Of a DNA stretch of 64,000 bases, positions 21,466-64,000 are shown in pieces. Source of the DNA: Macrostomum lignano (Eukaryota); the NCBI GenBank assembly GCA_002269645.1, contig NIVC01001857.1, forward strand, positions 1 to 64,000. Direction: 5' to 3'. Position 1 is the stretch's first letter. Every line of letters begins with the position of its first letter. A program made the position numbers and the translations under genes. The notes beneath the pieces are model-generated. The model was given only the letters and a program-made list of their open reading frames with translations, was not told the DNA's origin and searched no databases.

Positions 21466-22001
21466 TGAGGCGCTTCAGTACAGCCACCAGTCACCGGTTG
21501 GAAGGCCGGAGGCGCAGTGAGTTCGGATGCGGAGGCAGCGCCAGTCAGCTCAGCAGGCGGTCCATTGCTCTGCAGCCGCGGCACCACCTGCTGGCGTCTC
21601 CCGACGCGTCGGGGAAGTCGGAGATTCGCGAAAATCTGGGTGCACCGCCGCAGGAGGGGTGAGGTTTAAAACTAGTATTATAATAGGAGTATTGCGTTCC
21701 TGACCTTTGACCGCTTCATTCAATTCTGACCTCTCGTTTCGAATTTAGGCCCCCTATCCCGACTTTTGACCCCCCCGTATTTCGACTTTTGACCCCCTAT
21801 TTCGACTTTTGACCCCTCTATCCCGACTTTTGACCCCCCCCCTATCCCGGATTTTGATTCCCCAATCCCGACTTTTGACCCCCGTATTACTCAACTTTGC
21901 TGCATCATATGCACATAAATTTACTATCGTAGGACTCAAATTTTTGTCGTTTCCATGCCAACGCCTGGCAGTAGAAAGCCAAACTTCCTCAGCTTCCCCA
22001 C

Positions 22002-22144
22002 TGAGTTTGCCGTGTTCCGTGTTTGCCAACCCAGCTGCAGGGGTTAGCCTCAGACTCCTCATGTTTGCCGCCCTTTGCTCTGAACCTTACATTTGCGAGT
22101 ATATTAAGCTGCGCTCCCAGCTGCTTCTGGAAATCCCAAACCAT
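22002..22144 (-). CDS. Candidate first two exons of an unidentified minus-strand gene (22144-22091, 22034-22002)
   Basis: AAACAATG start; short intron GTAAGG...CTAACCCCTGCAG with a branch-point-like CTAAC; in-frame MVWDFQKQLGAQLNILAN-LGWQTRNTANS; X-box ~40 nt upstream of the ATG. Confidence 0.35.
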
Positions 22145-22183
22145 TGTTTCGTGACTGGTCAAGAATGGAGTTAAAAATCGGCA

Positions 22184-22197
22184 GTCACCATGGAAAC
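22184..22197. promoter_or_regulatory. RFX X-box
   Basis: GTCACCATGGAAAC fits the GTHNYYATRRNAAC consensus exactly. Confidence 0.5.
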
Positions 22198-23439
22198 GCT
22201 TCAGAGTGAGTAGCTGTTACACTGTTTTTTATGACAGAAATTTGAAAGAGTGAATCAAGTCTGATATGATTCAGAAATCAAAGACTTTGATCATCTGTTA
22301 CTAATGCTGTCCATAGTCACCTTGGTGCCATCTGTTGAAGGTGCCGACGGCATCAGGGGGATGACGGAATGCTTGAGAGACTAGCTGAGGATGTCCGGCA
22401 GTTGAGTTTTGAGATCAGCGAAACTCGAGAAGTTCGCAACAGGGTGTCCATAGTCACCTGGTGCCACCCGTTGAAGGTCCAGAAGCTCCGCCTGGGTGAA
22501 GGCCAGTGATCAACGAGTCAGAGCTGATGCGCTTTATGGAACAAATCCCACCTTCTGGCAGAATCGTCGAATATCTCGACGGTCCGGAAGGCAGGCAACT
22601 TGATTCTTATTTGAAAAGGTTGAAGCGATCTCTTTAGAGATTTAACATTTTCTAGCCAAAATTGACACGAATTGACAAGCAATTGCTCATGAGATTTCCC
22701 AATCCAGGTTTCTCTCTGTCTAGCAGTCCCTGGACAGACGCTAAAACCCTCTGACTCTCAATGTTTTAGAGACCGTTGTCAATGGTAACCAAAACGTTTT
22801 TTAACGTGAGGGCATCGCTAGATGGACGGCTCAAGGCCTCATTGTTTGTTTAATCTGCCCCCCTCCTGTTAGCCACCCGGTAGCAGCACCCAGTCACTGA
22901 CCCACCCTCATCTCCAAGATCAATACGCTTTACTGCTCAGTGTAAACTTGACATGTTGGAATACCTTTATTGGCGTACAACGGTTTTGAAGCGGGGCAAT
23001 TGCTTCTAGAAGAGAATGAGAAAGAGCGAGAGTGGGAGACTGCTTGTGGAGTTCGTTCGAGATACTCAGGAAAACTTCGGGACAGTAGGGGGGGGGTTAG
23101 ACTAGTAGTCTTGACTTAAATTTAAACAAAACCGACCCACCTTAACAAAGCTGCCAAGTGTGTAAAGCTGGCAGAGAACTGCTTATTCAATTCTTCTTTC
23201 AACGAAAGCAACAAAACTTCCAGTAGATATTCAAATCTGCATTTAAAAGGCCTCGTGAGTTTTAATTGTTCGAAGAAAGCGGACAACATCTTTAAAAACA
23301 AGATTCTGCAAAGTGAAAACTTTTATTGGATTTTCTAAAAACTCCTTTCTAAGAAAGCGACAGGTCTTGTCGTCTTCCCTTCCGTATCTTGCAAAGGACT
23401 TCCAAGTACTGCATTCCAGGAAAGCAACAGACAGTAGGA

Positions 23440-24143
23440 TTCTAAGAAATCGACGCTCAGCACCATTAAATTTCTAAGAAATCGACGCTCAGCACCATTG
23501 AATTTCAAAGAAATCGACGCTCAGCACCCTTGAATTTCTAAGAAATCGACGCTCAGCACCCTTGAATTTCTAAGAAATCGACGCTCAGCACCCTTGAATT
23601 TCTAAGAAATCGACGCTCAGCATCATTGAATTTCAAAGAAATCGACGCTCAGCACCCTTGAATTTCTAAGAAATCGACGCTCAGCACCATTGAATTTCAA
23701 AGAAATCGACGCTCAGCACCATTAAATTTCTAAGAAATCAACGCTCAGCACCATTGAATTTCAAAGAAATCGACGCTTAGCATAATTGAATTTCTAAGAA
23801 ATCGACGCTCAGCACCATTAAATTTCTAAGAAATCAACGCTCAGCACCATTGAATTTCAAAGAAATCGACGCTCAGCATAATTGAATTTCTAAGAAATCG
23901 ACGCTCAGCAATTTGAATTCTTAAGAAATCGACGCTCAGCATCATTGAATTTCTAAGAAATCGACGCTCAGCATCATTGAATTTCTAAGAAATCGACGCT
24001 CAGCATAATTGAATTTCTAAGAAATCGACGCTCAGCATCATTGAATTTCTAAGAAATCGACGCTCAGCATCATTGAGTTTCGAAGAAATCGACGCTCAGC
24101 ACAATTGAATTTCAAAGAAATCGACGCTCTAATTTCTAAGAAA
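23440..24143. repeat. 32-bp minisatellite (AAGAAATCGACGCTCAGCACCATTGAATTTCT), ~22 copies, ending just before the ADGB start codon
   Basis: 32-bp periodicity. Confidence 0.92.
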
Positions 24144-24150
24144 GCATAAA

Positions 24151-56193
<32,043 letters not shown>

Positions 56194-56293
56194 ACAAAGT
56201 CACCAACAGCCCCCTGACTACGTATGTACCTACCGAGAGAGACAACTCATTTTTACGTAATTTATGGATTTAATGGCGTGTTACCTCGTGTTA

Positions 56294-56580
56294 GCGGGTT
56301 GTAGCCTAGCGGTCAGAGCGTCGGACTTATGACTGAAAGGACGTTGGTTCGATTCCCGATCCCACTCGAAATAATTGTCCTTGAGCAAGACATTTTCTTG
56401 CATTGCTTCAGTTCACCCAGCTGTAAAATGGGTGCCAACATTAGCTGGGGTAATTGAGGGTGTGTGGCGACCTCCCAGTCCTTAGACTGAACAGCCGTAC
56501 GCAGCCTTCAGATGCGCCATTCAATAGCTGCGGCTGAGCTATCGGTTGCACACCTGGCCACTAGGGTAGAGGTAATCAAT
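56294..56580 (+). mobile_element. tRNA-derived SINE with CORE-like domain
   Basis: A box TAGCCTAGCGG (56302-56312) and B box GGTTCGATTCC (56346-56356), then TCCTTGAGCAAG...CTTCAGTTCACCCAGCTGTAAAATGGG resembling the CORE-SINE consensus. No proper cloverleaf. The 3' end is approximate. Confidence 0.7.
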
Positions 56581-58894
56581 TATTTTTATTAGCTCGTAAA
56601 GAACCATTAAGCATGTAAAATTTCGTCACTTTTTCTGGCATAAGGGGGACTCATTTCATTTAAGGGGGAGCGCAAGCCCCAAGGGGTGCCAAAACCCATA
56701 TTACACTGAAAGCGGCGCCATGTACTTTTGCCATACTTTTGATGGCGACGAGCTGTAAGCTTATCAGTTAATTAAGAAATTTCAAGAAGCATAAGCTACT
56801 CATAGTAGTTGCATAATTTCAGTCAGAAATATGCCTACTTGGCTTTCTGTCCCCGCGCTAACCGCGGCAACCTGTGCTTGACTTTTGGCTGATTGAGTAA
56901 TCCAGGACCCTTTGGTTGTTGAAATTAATTGTTTACTTTGAACAACTTAATCTTAATATACAAAAATTAAAAATACAAAAAATGGAAATAGTAAAATCAT
57001 GTCAATTTTTTAGAAGTCTGTTCCACTTTCATTGGTTACTCGTATTCGCTCCTGCACAATTCTGCGCACTGCAATTCAAGCTTACTACTTGCAGTAGCTG
57101 TACTGAATCGCAAGTAAAATTTGTGATTTTTCAGTTGAATTAAAAAATTATTTCAGGCGCTGTTGTTTAATTGCGACTGAATCTATAGCTAATATTATCC
57201 CTATTTTTGGGAAATTTTATTGTGTTTTTAATTACTTAGATTTTTATGCATCAAGGCTCATCGCGCTGTGACTTTGTACAGAAGTTTTATTGATTTTTTT
57301 TATTTAAGATGCTTCTCGTCATCACGTGATCCTTTTTCATTTTGGATAAGAAATTGGCTTTAGGTTAAAACAAAAACTTCAGATTATCATTAATGTTTGT
57401 TGAGAGCTGATTTGTAGCCAACATGTAGTGACCTCAAGACTGATATTTGTTCTTGCGATAAACTTTTGATTTAATTTAATGGTTGTGGAATCATCAAATT
57501 TTAAACAAAGTGGCTTCTGTACTTTCTCGTAACTCAGTTCATCCATTTTCGGACCCTCTACCGTCCTGTTTGTAAAGAAAAACAATTTTAAGAAATTGGT
57601 GTTCGCTTCACTGCCAAGCTTCTGATCTTTAATTGATTTTTAATTAGGCCCTCAGCCCAGCCCACACAACCCTAAAAGCAAATTGCACTAGCACCAGCTG
57701 ATGCTCGCTTTTTGCCGTGAAATTGCACCGAAATTGTTGCGAAAATATCGCAGGCGGTTGCTTTTTTATTATGTTACCTTCATTAAATTGCTTCTGCAAC
57801 TGGACAAAGGCCGGACCAAACACATGTAAAAATGTTTTTTATCATACGAAGTAATCGCATTATGTTTTTGATTTACTTTTTTGTTTCATTTTGCTTGCTT
57901 GGCGGTTTATACATTTTTTAATTTGAACGATTTCTCTCCGAGTTTTTCGGGAATCTAATAAAACATGTTAACCATGTTTTCTAAAGTAACTGGAAGCAAA
58001 TTTGAATTTGCACCAATTTTTTAAAACAAAAGATTGAATTGGGAAAGTTTGTAAATTGCAAAAAAAATTAACTGTAAATTTATTAAATCACTAAAAAACA
58101 TTTTTGGCGCAAATTTGAATTGCAAATCTAGACTTACCGAACTGAAACGGATAGTTATTGATTTTCGAAAATGTCTCCGCCTGCAGAACCATACTTCAAC
58201 ACATTCCTTGTTACAGGTGTACAGTCGCTAATTTGCCTTGATGGCAAGATGTTTTAATTATAATTGTTGCTATCTTTTTTTCGGTGAATATTTTAAGATT
58301 GCCACAGCGCTGCTTAATTATGCACAGATTGCTAATCATCTTCTCTATACAAGCAATGCTATTTAGTCTGATATTGATGGTTCCTTAATTCTATTTCCAA
58401 TAAATAATCGATGAAATATATATTTGATAAGCTATCGCTTTTAGCTGAGGTCTCTAACCATAATTAGATTTAAGCAAGCCGTTTCTTTAAAGATTATAAA
58501 GAGCTTTATTATTTTGTTTTATTTTAAATACAGTTACCGGTAATTTAAATTAATTTTAGCATTGCACGGTACACACATGTATATTTTTAGTTGATTGAAT
58601 GCTAAATAATAGAGTACACAATAAATTGTTTTTGACTCAACAACAGGAAAATCATAATCTTGCATATTTCCTTTGTTACGTCCAGTAGCGCAACCAGAAA
58701 TTTTTCAAGGGGGGGGGCGGATTCTGAGGGTAAAGTCCCGGGAGGGGGGGGGGCGGAGGGGTGGCTCTGTTTTTGGCGAAAATTCGCTTGGTCCCCCCTT
58801 TGATTTTTTTCGATCCCCCGCCTAAGGGGGGGCCTTGGTCGTTTTGATTGATTGAGCTTCATGCCCTTAGCTTCAACTATATTTTAGTTAGAGG

Positions 58895-59193
58895 CAGGGG
58901 GCCTGTTGCGCACCCTGGCGCACTTTAAGCGACATTGTCGCACAACCGGCGAGAGGCATTGCTGCCCATTCCGCCCACTCCCCTGAGCAGGCATACAAGC
59001 GCGCGGATACGTACGCAGTCATACGCACAGGCACACACTCACACAGGAGTGTACAGCGGCCCTACTTTATTTATCGTTAGGCATGTACACTTCACTGTGC
59101 CTTGGGGTAGTGACCCAAGCCGAGATTCTAATTTAGCCCCAAATTAATGTGACTGCACTTGGAATCGAGCCTGGGCCGCTGGCACATCAGAGC
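58895..59193 (+). repeat. Interspersed repeat family, copy C
   Basis: Matches 27066-27407. Confidence 0.85.
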
Positions 59194-60939
59194 TTATAAA
59201 AATGGTTAGATCCCACCACTTTGCTTGACGACAACGCAGTTTACAGAGAAAAAAATCTTCAGCACCGATGGCTTTGATTTTTGCTTTTACTTTTGGTAAG
59301 AAATTGCGCAATTATTTCTCTGTGAAAAGCAGTTCCACCACCTGCCGTCTTCAGCTATTTATCTCAATAATTCTTGTTTTATTCAGCTTTTCCAGGCAAA
59401 CAAGAAAACAAGATGATTTCCGGACACAAAGAAGTCGTGAATTCTCGCATTTTAGTTGAAGAGATTCTAAAAGCCACCTGCGACTCATAGCTGATTGCGT
59501 TAAAAATTGATAAAAAGCTGTGCATGCGCTGCGCTCCAAAAAATTGCAACGACCAGCACCGGAAGAAGATGGGCCCGTGTAGTAGATTTTAAATTTGCAC
59601 TGAATTAAATGCATACTGACCTGCTCCTAGCGCTGCTATTTCTGACTGCCGTAGCCCCGCCGCAGTCAGCTGGCTTTTCGCTCTGGAACGACTTTGAAAC
59701 GGTAACAAATGCGCGTTTAGAAACGTAAATGATCACTAACAACTGCATATGGCTTCATTCCTCCCGCGTTTGGTTCCAGACGATGGACACCGAGTCCTAC
59801 GACACAACGACCACTGAAGATCAGGTCGAGGCTCTTCTGCCTAAACTGAAGCCAGCTGAAGAGGGCCTGAAGGGCGCCGCTGTCAGAAAGAGACGTCGCA
59901 GATACAGGGTGTGCTGGCGCGTGTTCCACCCTATCGCCTGCATTGGAGTTCAGTATTTGTAATCAGCAAGGATCACCGCGGTGCAACCAAGCGCGGTCCA
60001 GTGCTATTAGTATCCACAGTACTGGCCGTTGGCCTGAAAATTTAACGAACGACATTGAAATTTTTAATATGTACATCAGGGCTGCATTTTTAATAAATGC
60101 ATGGGATTTAACTATATATTCACAACTTAACCGGGACTCTAACTATTCGATATAGTGTCCAATCCAAGAAATTCTAAAACAGTAATCCAATATCCAACAA
60201 TAATTATTATTTGATAATAAAATTTTTGCGCTGCATCCTAATTGCAGCATTTAATTTCACCCTGGATATGTTAAAACCTACTAACAAAGGCAATTGCAGA
60301 CGGCTCAAATTGTGTCTATTAATTTTTTTCAAAATTTGTGACTATATGACTTATGAAAATGATTACTTACTGCATCAAATCTTTTTACGAAGAATATGGT
60401 GAGGACGCACTTTTTTCCAAATCCCGCGCTAGCACATGGGCTCTAAACTTACTAGCCTACTAACAGTGGGCAATGGGCATTTTTATCCTTTTTCTGCGAA
60501 TAGTCATAGAATCTATACTAGATATAATGTCTGGCCATACTAGTAGTCATAATAACATAGGCGTAGCTTTTTGGGTCGTAAATCATCGCTTCCGAAGTTG
60601 TCTGACAGCCACCTGCGCCTCACTCAGTGTTGAGACGGGCGCCAGATGGTCTGAGAGGATGCGGGCGGTAGCTTTTTTCTCATCATTTTGACAGGCCATC
60701 AAGATTTATGAGGTCAGAGCCTATTGTTCGGGTTCACTCAAGCGTGTGACAGCTTTGACAGCTATGCGTTTTACCCCTAAAAGTACCTTGGGATTAGCGA
60801 TTAGTGATTTCTCTTCATTATCTCCACTTTCTATTTAATAAGAGCTTTCTAATGTATATTTTTTCATTAATTTTTGTCAATTATACGCGAAAATTCATAA
60901 ATCATTTTGTTGCGATTTTGATCGATTTATGGCCGCACC

Positions 60940-63700
60940 TGTCATGTTTTTACGACCCCGAGGGAACTTATAGGATCTCCCGGTCACGTGATTCTGGGTA
61001 GCAACCAGCTTAGCCAATCAGAAAATTCGACGCTCATTTAAACAAATCGGCTCAGCCAATCAGAATCGACGTGTTCCATTATAACAAACTGCGGTCCAGT
61101 TGGCGGCTATTTAAACCGGTGTTTTTGGCCCGCTTGGACCAACTCCTCCTGGGACCTTAGCCTAGATTGAGACGTCCCGGAGCGCGACCGTCGTTTCTTG
61201 ATCCCCGGATTGCGACCTCCCCCATCATCATCAAGGACGAGTCCCCCCGGTCATCAGCAGCGAACATCAAAGTTAAGAGCATCACCTGCTAGCTATTTGC
61301 GAAGACCGTGACATCAGCACCATCCCGGGTCTACAGCTGCGAAGCACTAAGCCGATTCGGTCACTGTGGATTACCTGGTCTCCGGCTGTTGAGTTTCTGA
61401 TTGGTTGGGTGAGAGGCTACCTGGACTTGCTTGATTGGGTGATTCTCTATCTGTCCCCTGTTTCAGTAGCTGAATTAGGCGCACACTTTTGCTCACTTTG
61501 TTCAGTAGTGCTGTTGCTGAGGCAGAAGTCATTCAATAATACTGCTAGTAGTCTAAAACTCCAATTCAATCTGAAGTGTGAAGTGATCTGAGGAGAAGGT
61601 TAAGTCTGACAGTTATTTTTATCGGTTTTATTTCTTTGTTCGCCGATGGCTCAGATGAGTAGCTAAGCTAGTAGGCGCCGGTCACAGTGGACCAATGGCG
61701 AGGCAGTTCTCAGTCGATCAATCTATCAAATCAGTTAGCGAAATTGCCAATAGTGCAGAATCGGCTCCAGAGATGTACTCTGTGCACTCTAGGTTAGCCA
61801 AGCGGCTCGGGTGATTAATCATGCGGTCTCTGAAGTTCGAGTTAGCCTATCATCAGCGCTAGGAGAGGCTAGTTGGCGCGTTGAAGGCCAAAAGTACAAT
61901 TCTTCGTATTTAGCAATGTAATAGTACATGTAGCTACCCCATAGACTCGCCACTGCAAGAATCCCCTGCACAAGTCCTCTCTGTACCTGCATGGCCAATG
62001 CGATCTAGTCCCAACAGTGTCCCTTAACATCGGCTATGACTTCGAGATTGACAGCAAAAAGACACTAGTTGGCAGGTAAGTGCAAAGCCTCTTCTAGTCG
62101 GAAGCCCGATTTCGAGAGTCCCGGTGTGGTGAGCCAGGACGTACGGGCTGGTGGCTAACCTGCGGATTAACTAATTTCTACCTTCAAAATTCTCCCTGCT
62201 TGTCTCTCGCTGTCCCTCTCTTAGCTATAGGACCTAGACTGCTCGCCACACGATCAAGCTACCATGGGCTGATCATCTGACAGGAGTGGGGGGCCAGGAC
62301 TCTAATTGATTTATTTCTGAGACCTGAGGCCCGAAGGCTTCCCCACAAGGGGGCCGAAAGGTCGAAACCCATCAAATACATTAATACATGTAAGCGAACC
62401 GGAATGTGAAATTACTTGGTATGTAACTAGTGTTATGTAAGACGGTCTCTGACTGTTTTTATCCCGGCTGCCTTCTGGCGGCATTTCTCGGGTTGTGCGC
62501 AATCCAATTGACCTGCCCTTCGTGTAGCTCAATATCTAAGTGTCCTCACCGGAGGTGATGTACACATCCAAAAAAAGATCCTCTATTTTTCTATTATTTC
62601 GGCCCTGCCAATTGGTTTAGGGAGGGGAGGGTGTACCTGGAGTGATTATGACTCTGGACTGCAGTGCGGCTAGATCGGGACTGCAGGAAAGACGACCATT
62701 CGCAAAAATATACGGTAGAGCCCAGTTGAATGCCAGCCCTGAGGCTGAGCCCCAGAATAAGGGTTCAGGTGCTCCTCTCTATTGTTTTTATTTCTTTGCG
62801 CTTTTATAAGCTTTGTATTTTATCCCTGGCAATTCAGCCGCCCAATCTTTAAAGTTATGCAAGCTCTGCCCTTCTGGTCCATCATGCTCTCCCTTGGTCC
62901 ATCTGCTGGCTCCTCTGGTTGTCTCCCTGCTTATTGTGTCTTGGCTCTCATCTCTGACAGTGGATTGGTGTCCTGGGGTTGATGTTCGTCCCGAATCGGG
63001 GAATACCGGCTGAGTCCGGTGTCCCTTGCTCCATGGTGCCCCTTCTCCCACCCCTTGGCTTGGGCTTATTTGAGCTGGGTATAGTGAAAAAGCCTTGGCT
63101 TGCAGCCCTATAGGGGGAGCTTCTCGTACCTTGCCGCCTCCTGATAGGAGACTCGCCCTTGGTAAATAAGCTGTCCAGACTCGTTCCAATCTTAAAGCTA
63201 TTTCCGTAGACTTCGAGTTTCCCGCTCTCGGACCGCTTTCCAGAAAAACTCAAAAAGTTTTTCGTTTCCAATCTTTTTGCACGCGCGCACTCGGGACTTG
63301 TCGTTGGGGCGTGGCTTGGGTGGACCATCTTTGCACCCGTCCCCCTGATTCCACTATGGGTTGGCGGTGTCTTTGTCCATGGACTTGGGGTTGTAGCGCC
63401 CAATAAGGTTATTCAGCGGAGCCATGGAGTCCTAGCCCCAATCTGGGTCTCTCGGGCTTTATGCCCCTGGCAGTATAGCCCCCAATATATCCAGCGGCAG
63501 AGCCCTTCCCTAAGCTGATCTGCGGGTTGCCCACGCTTCCCGTGTGAAAATAATCGGTCAAATTAACTGATTCACAGGATTGGCATTGCACGCTCCTATT
63601 AGAACAGGCGTAGAGCTTTAGAACAGCAACATATATAACGGGCAGTGACGGGGCAGACAACCGGCCCGAAACTAAAACCGATCGCATGTTATCTACGTAC
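60940..63700. mobile_element. Possible decayed retroelement-derived sequence
   Basis: Promoter-like block with two AGCCAATCAG and a TATTTAAA (61010-61115), and broken, GC-balanced minus-strand ORF remnants at 62300-63690. No RT, integrase or paired LTRs seen. Confidence 0.25.
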
Positions 63701-64000
63701 GAATTCGTACGTTTGGGCCTACAGCGCGTTGCTGCGCGTAAAAAAATAATAAAAGCATCAACATCAGTAACCAGCCGTGAGCGAATGGTGCAGAAGGTTC
63801 CACCATTACTCTTTTTTAGGCAAGATATAAAATTATATGATGACCAACGTGAGCTTTTTTCTACAGATGGATTTCACGTTTTATATGTACTACTACATGT
63901 ACTAAAATAATCCTAAATAACCGAATGCAATGCATTAAAGAAAATTTCCCTAATTATGACTCTTTCGAAATATTATACTAAGAGTTGTGCGTGAAAATGT

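Noticed and set aside
56294-56366. tRNA gene
   Set aside because: A and B boxes are present, but acceptor and anticodon stems do not pair properly and a CORE-like body follows, so I called it a SINE.
59729-59962. Small ORF (MDTESYDTT...KRRRRYRVCW) after an AG acceptor-like site
   Set aside because: Short, no homology recognised, and no linked exons found.
60940-64000. Complete LTR retrotransposon
   Set aside because: No second LTR, no clear PBS or PPT and no RT/RNase H/integrase motifs; kept only as a low-confidence relic.

Overview
Eukaryotic (animal) genomic DNA, extremely rich in tandem repeats. The architecture resembles a free-living flatworm such as Macrostomum; that is an inference. 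(1) Bases 1-11855 are the right-hand ~12 kb of a Maverick/Polinton (adintovirus-like endogenous dsDNA virus). It encodes a protein-primed PolB, A32/FtsK packaging ATPase, adenain protease, major and minor capsid proteins, a basic core protein and a chromodomain integrase, and ends in a repeat-rich terminal region with ACTACT. Unusually, it also encodes a divergent TATA-binding protein (TBP) and a tandem-PC4 protein, behind canonical CCAAT/TATA promoter motifs. Each apparent frameshift in the element is repaired by adding one base to a short homopolymer, and a host gene shows the same defect, so the element is probably intact. (2) Bases 12-24 kb hold minisatellites, a dispersed repeat and fragments of unidentified spliced genes. 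(3) Bases 24151-56193 hold a 24-exon androglobin (ADGB) gene (~2006 aa) in which most introns are filled by a different tandem repeat. Its globin segment appears to lack the proximal His, and one intronic minisatellite is a tandem array of RFX X-box-like, forkhead and CCAAT motifs. (4) Bases 56-64 kb hold a CORE-type SINE, AT-rich DNA and possible decayed retroelement sequence. Alignments to human or yeast proteins are from memory and need confirming.
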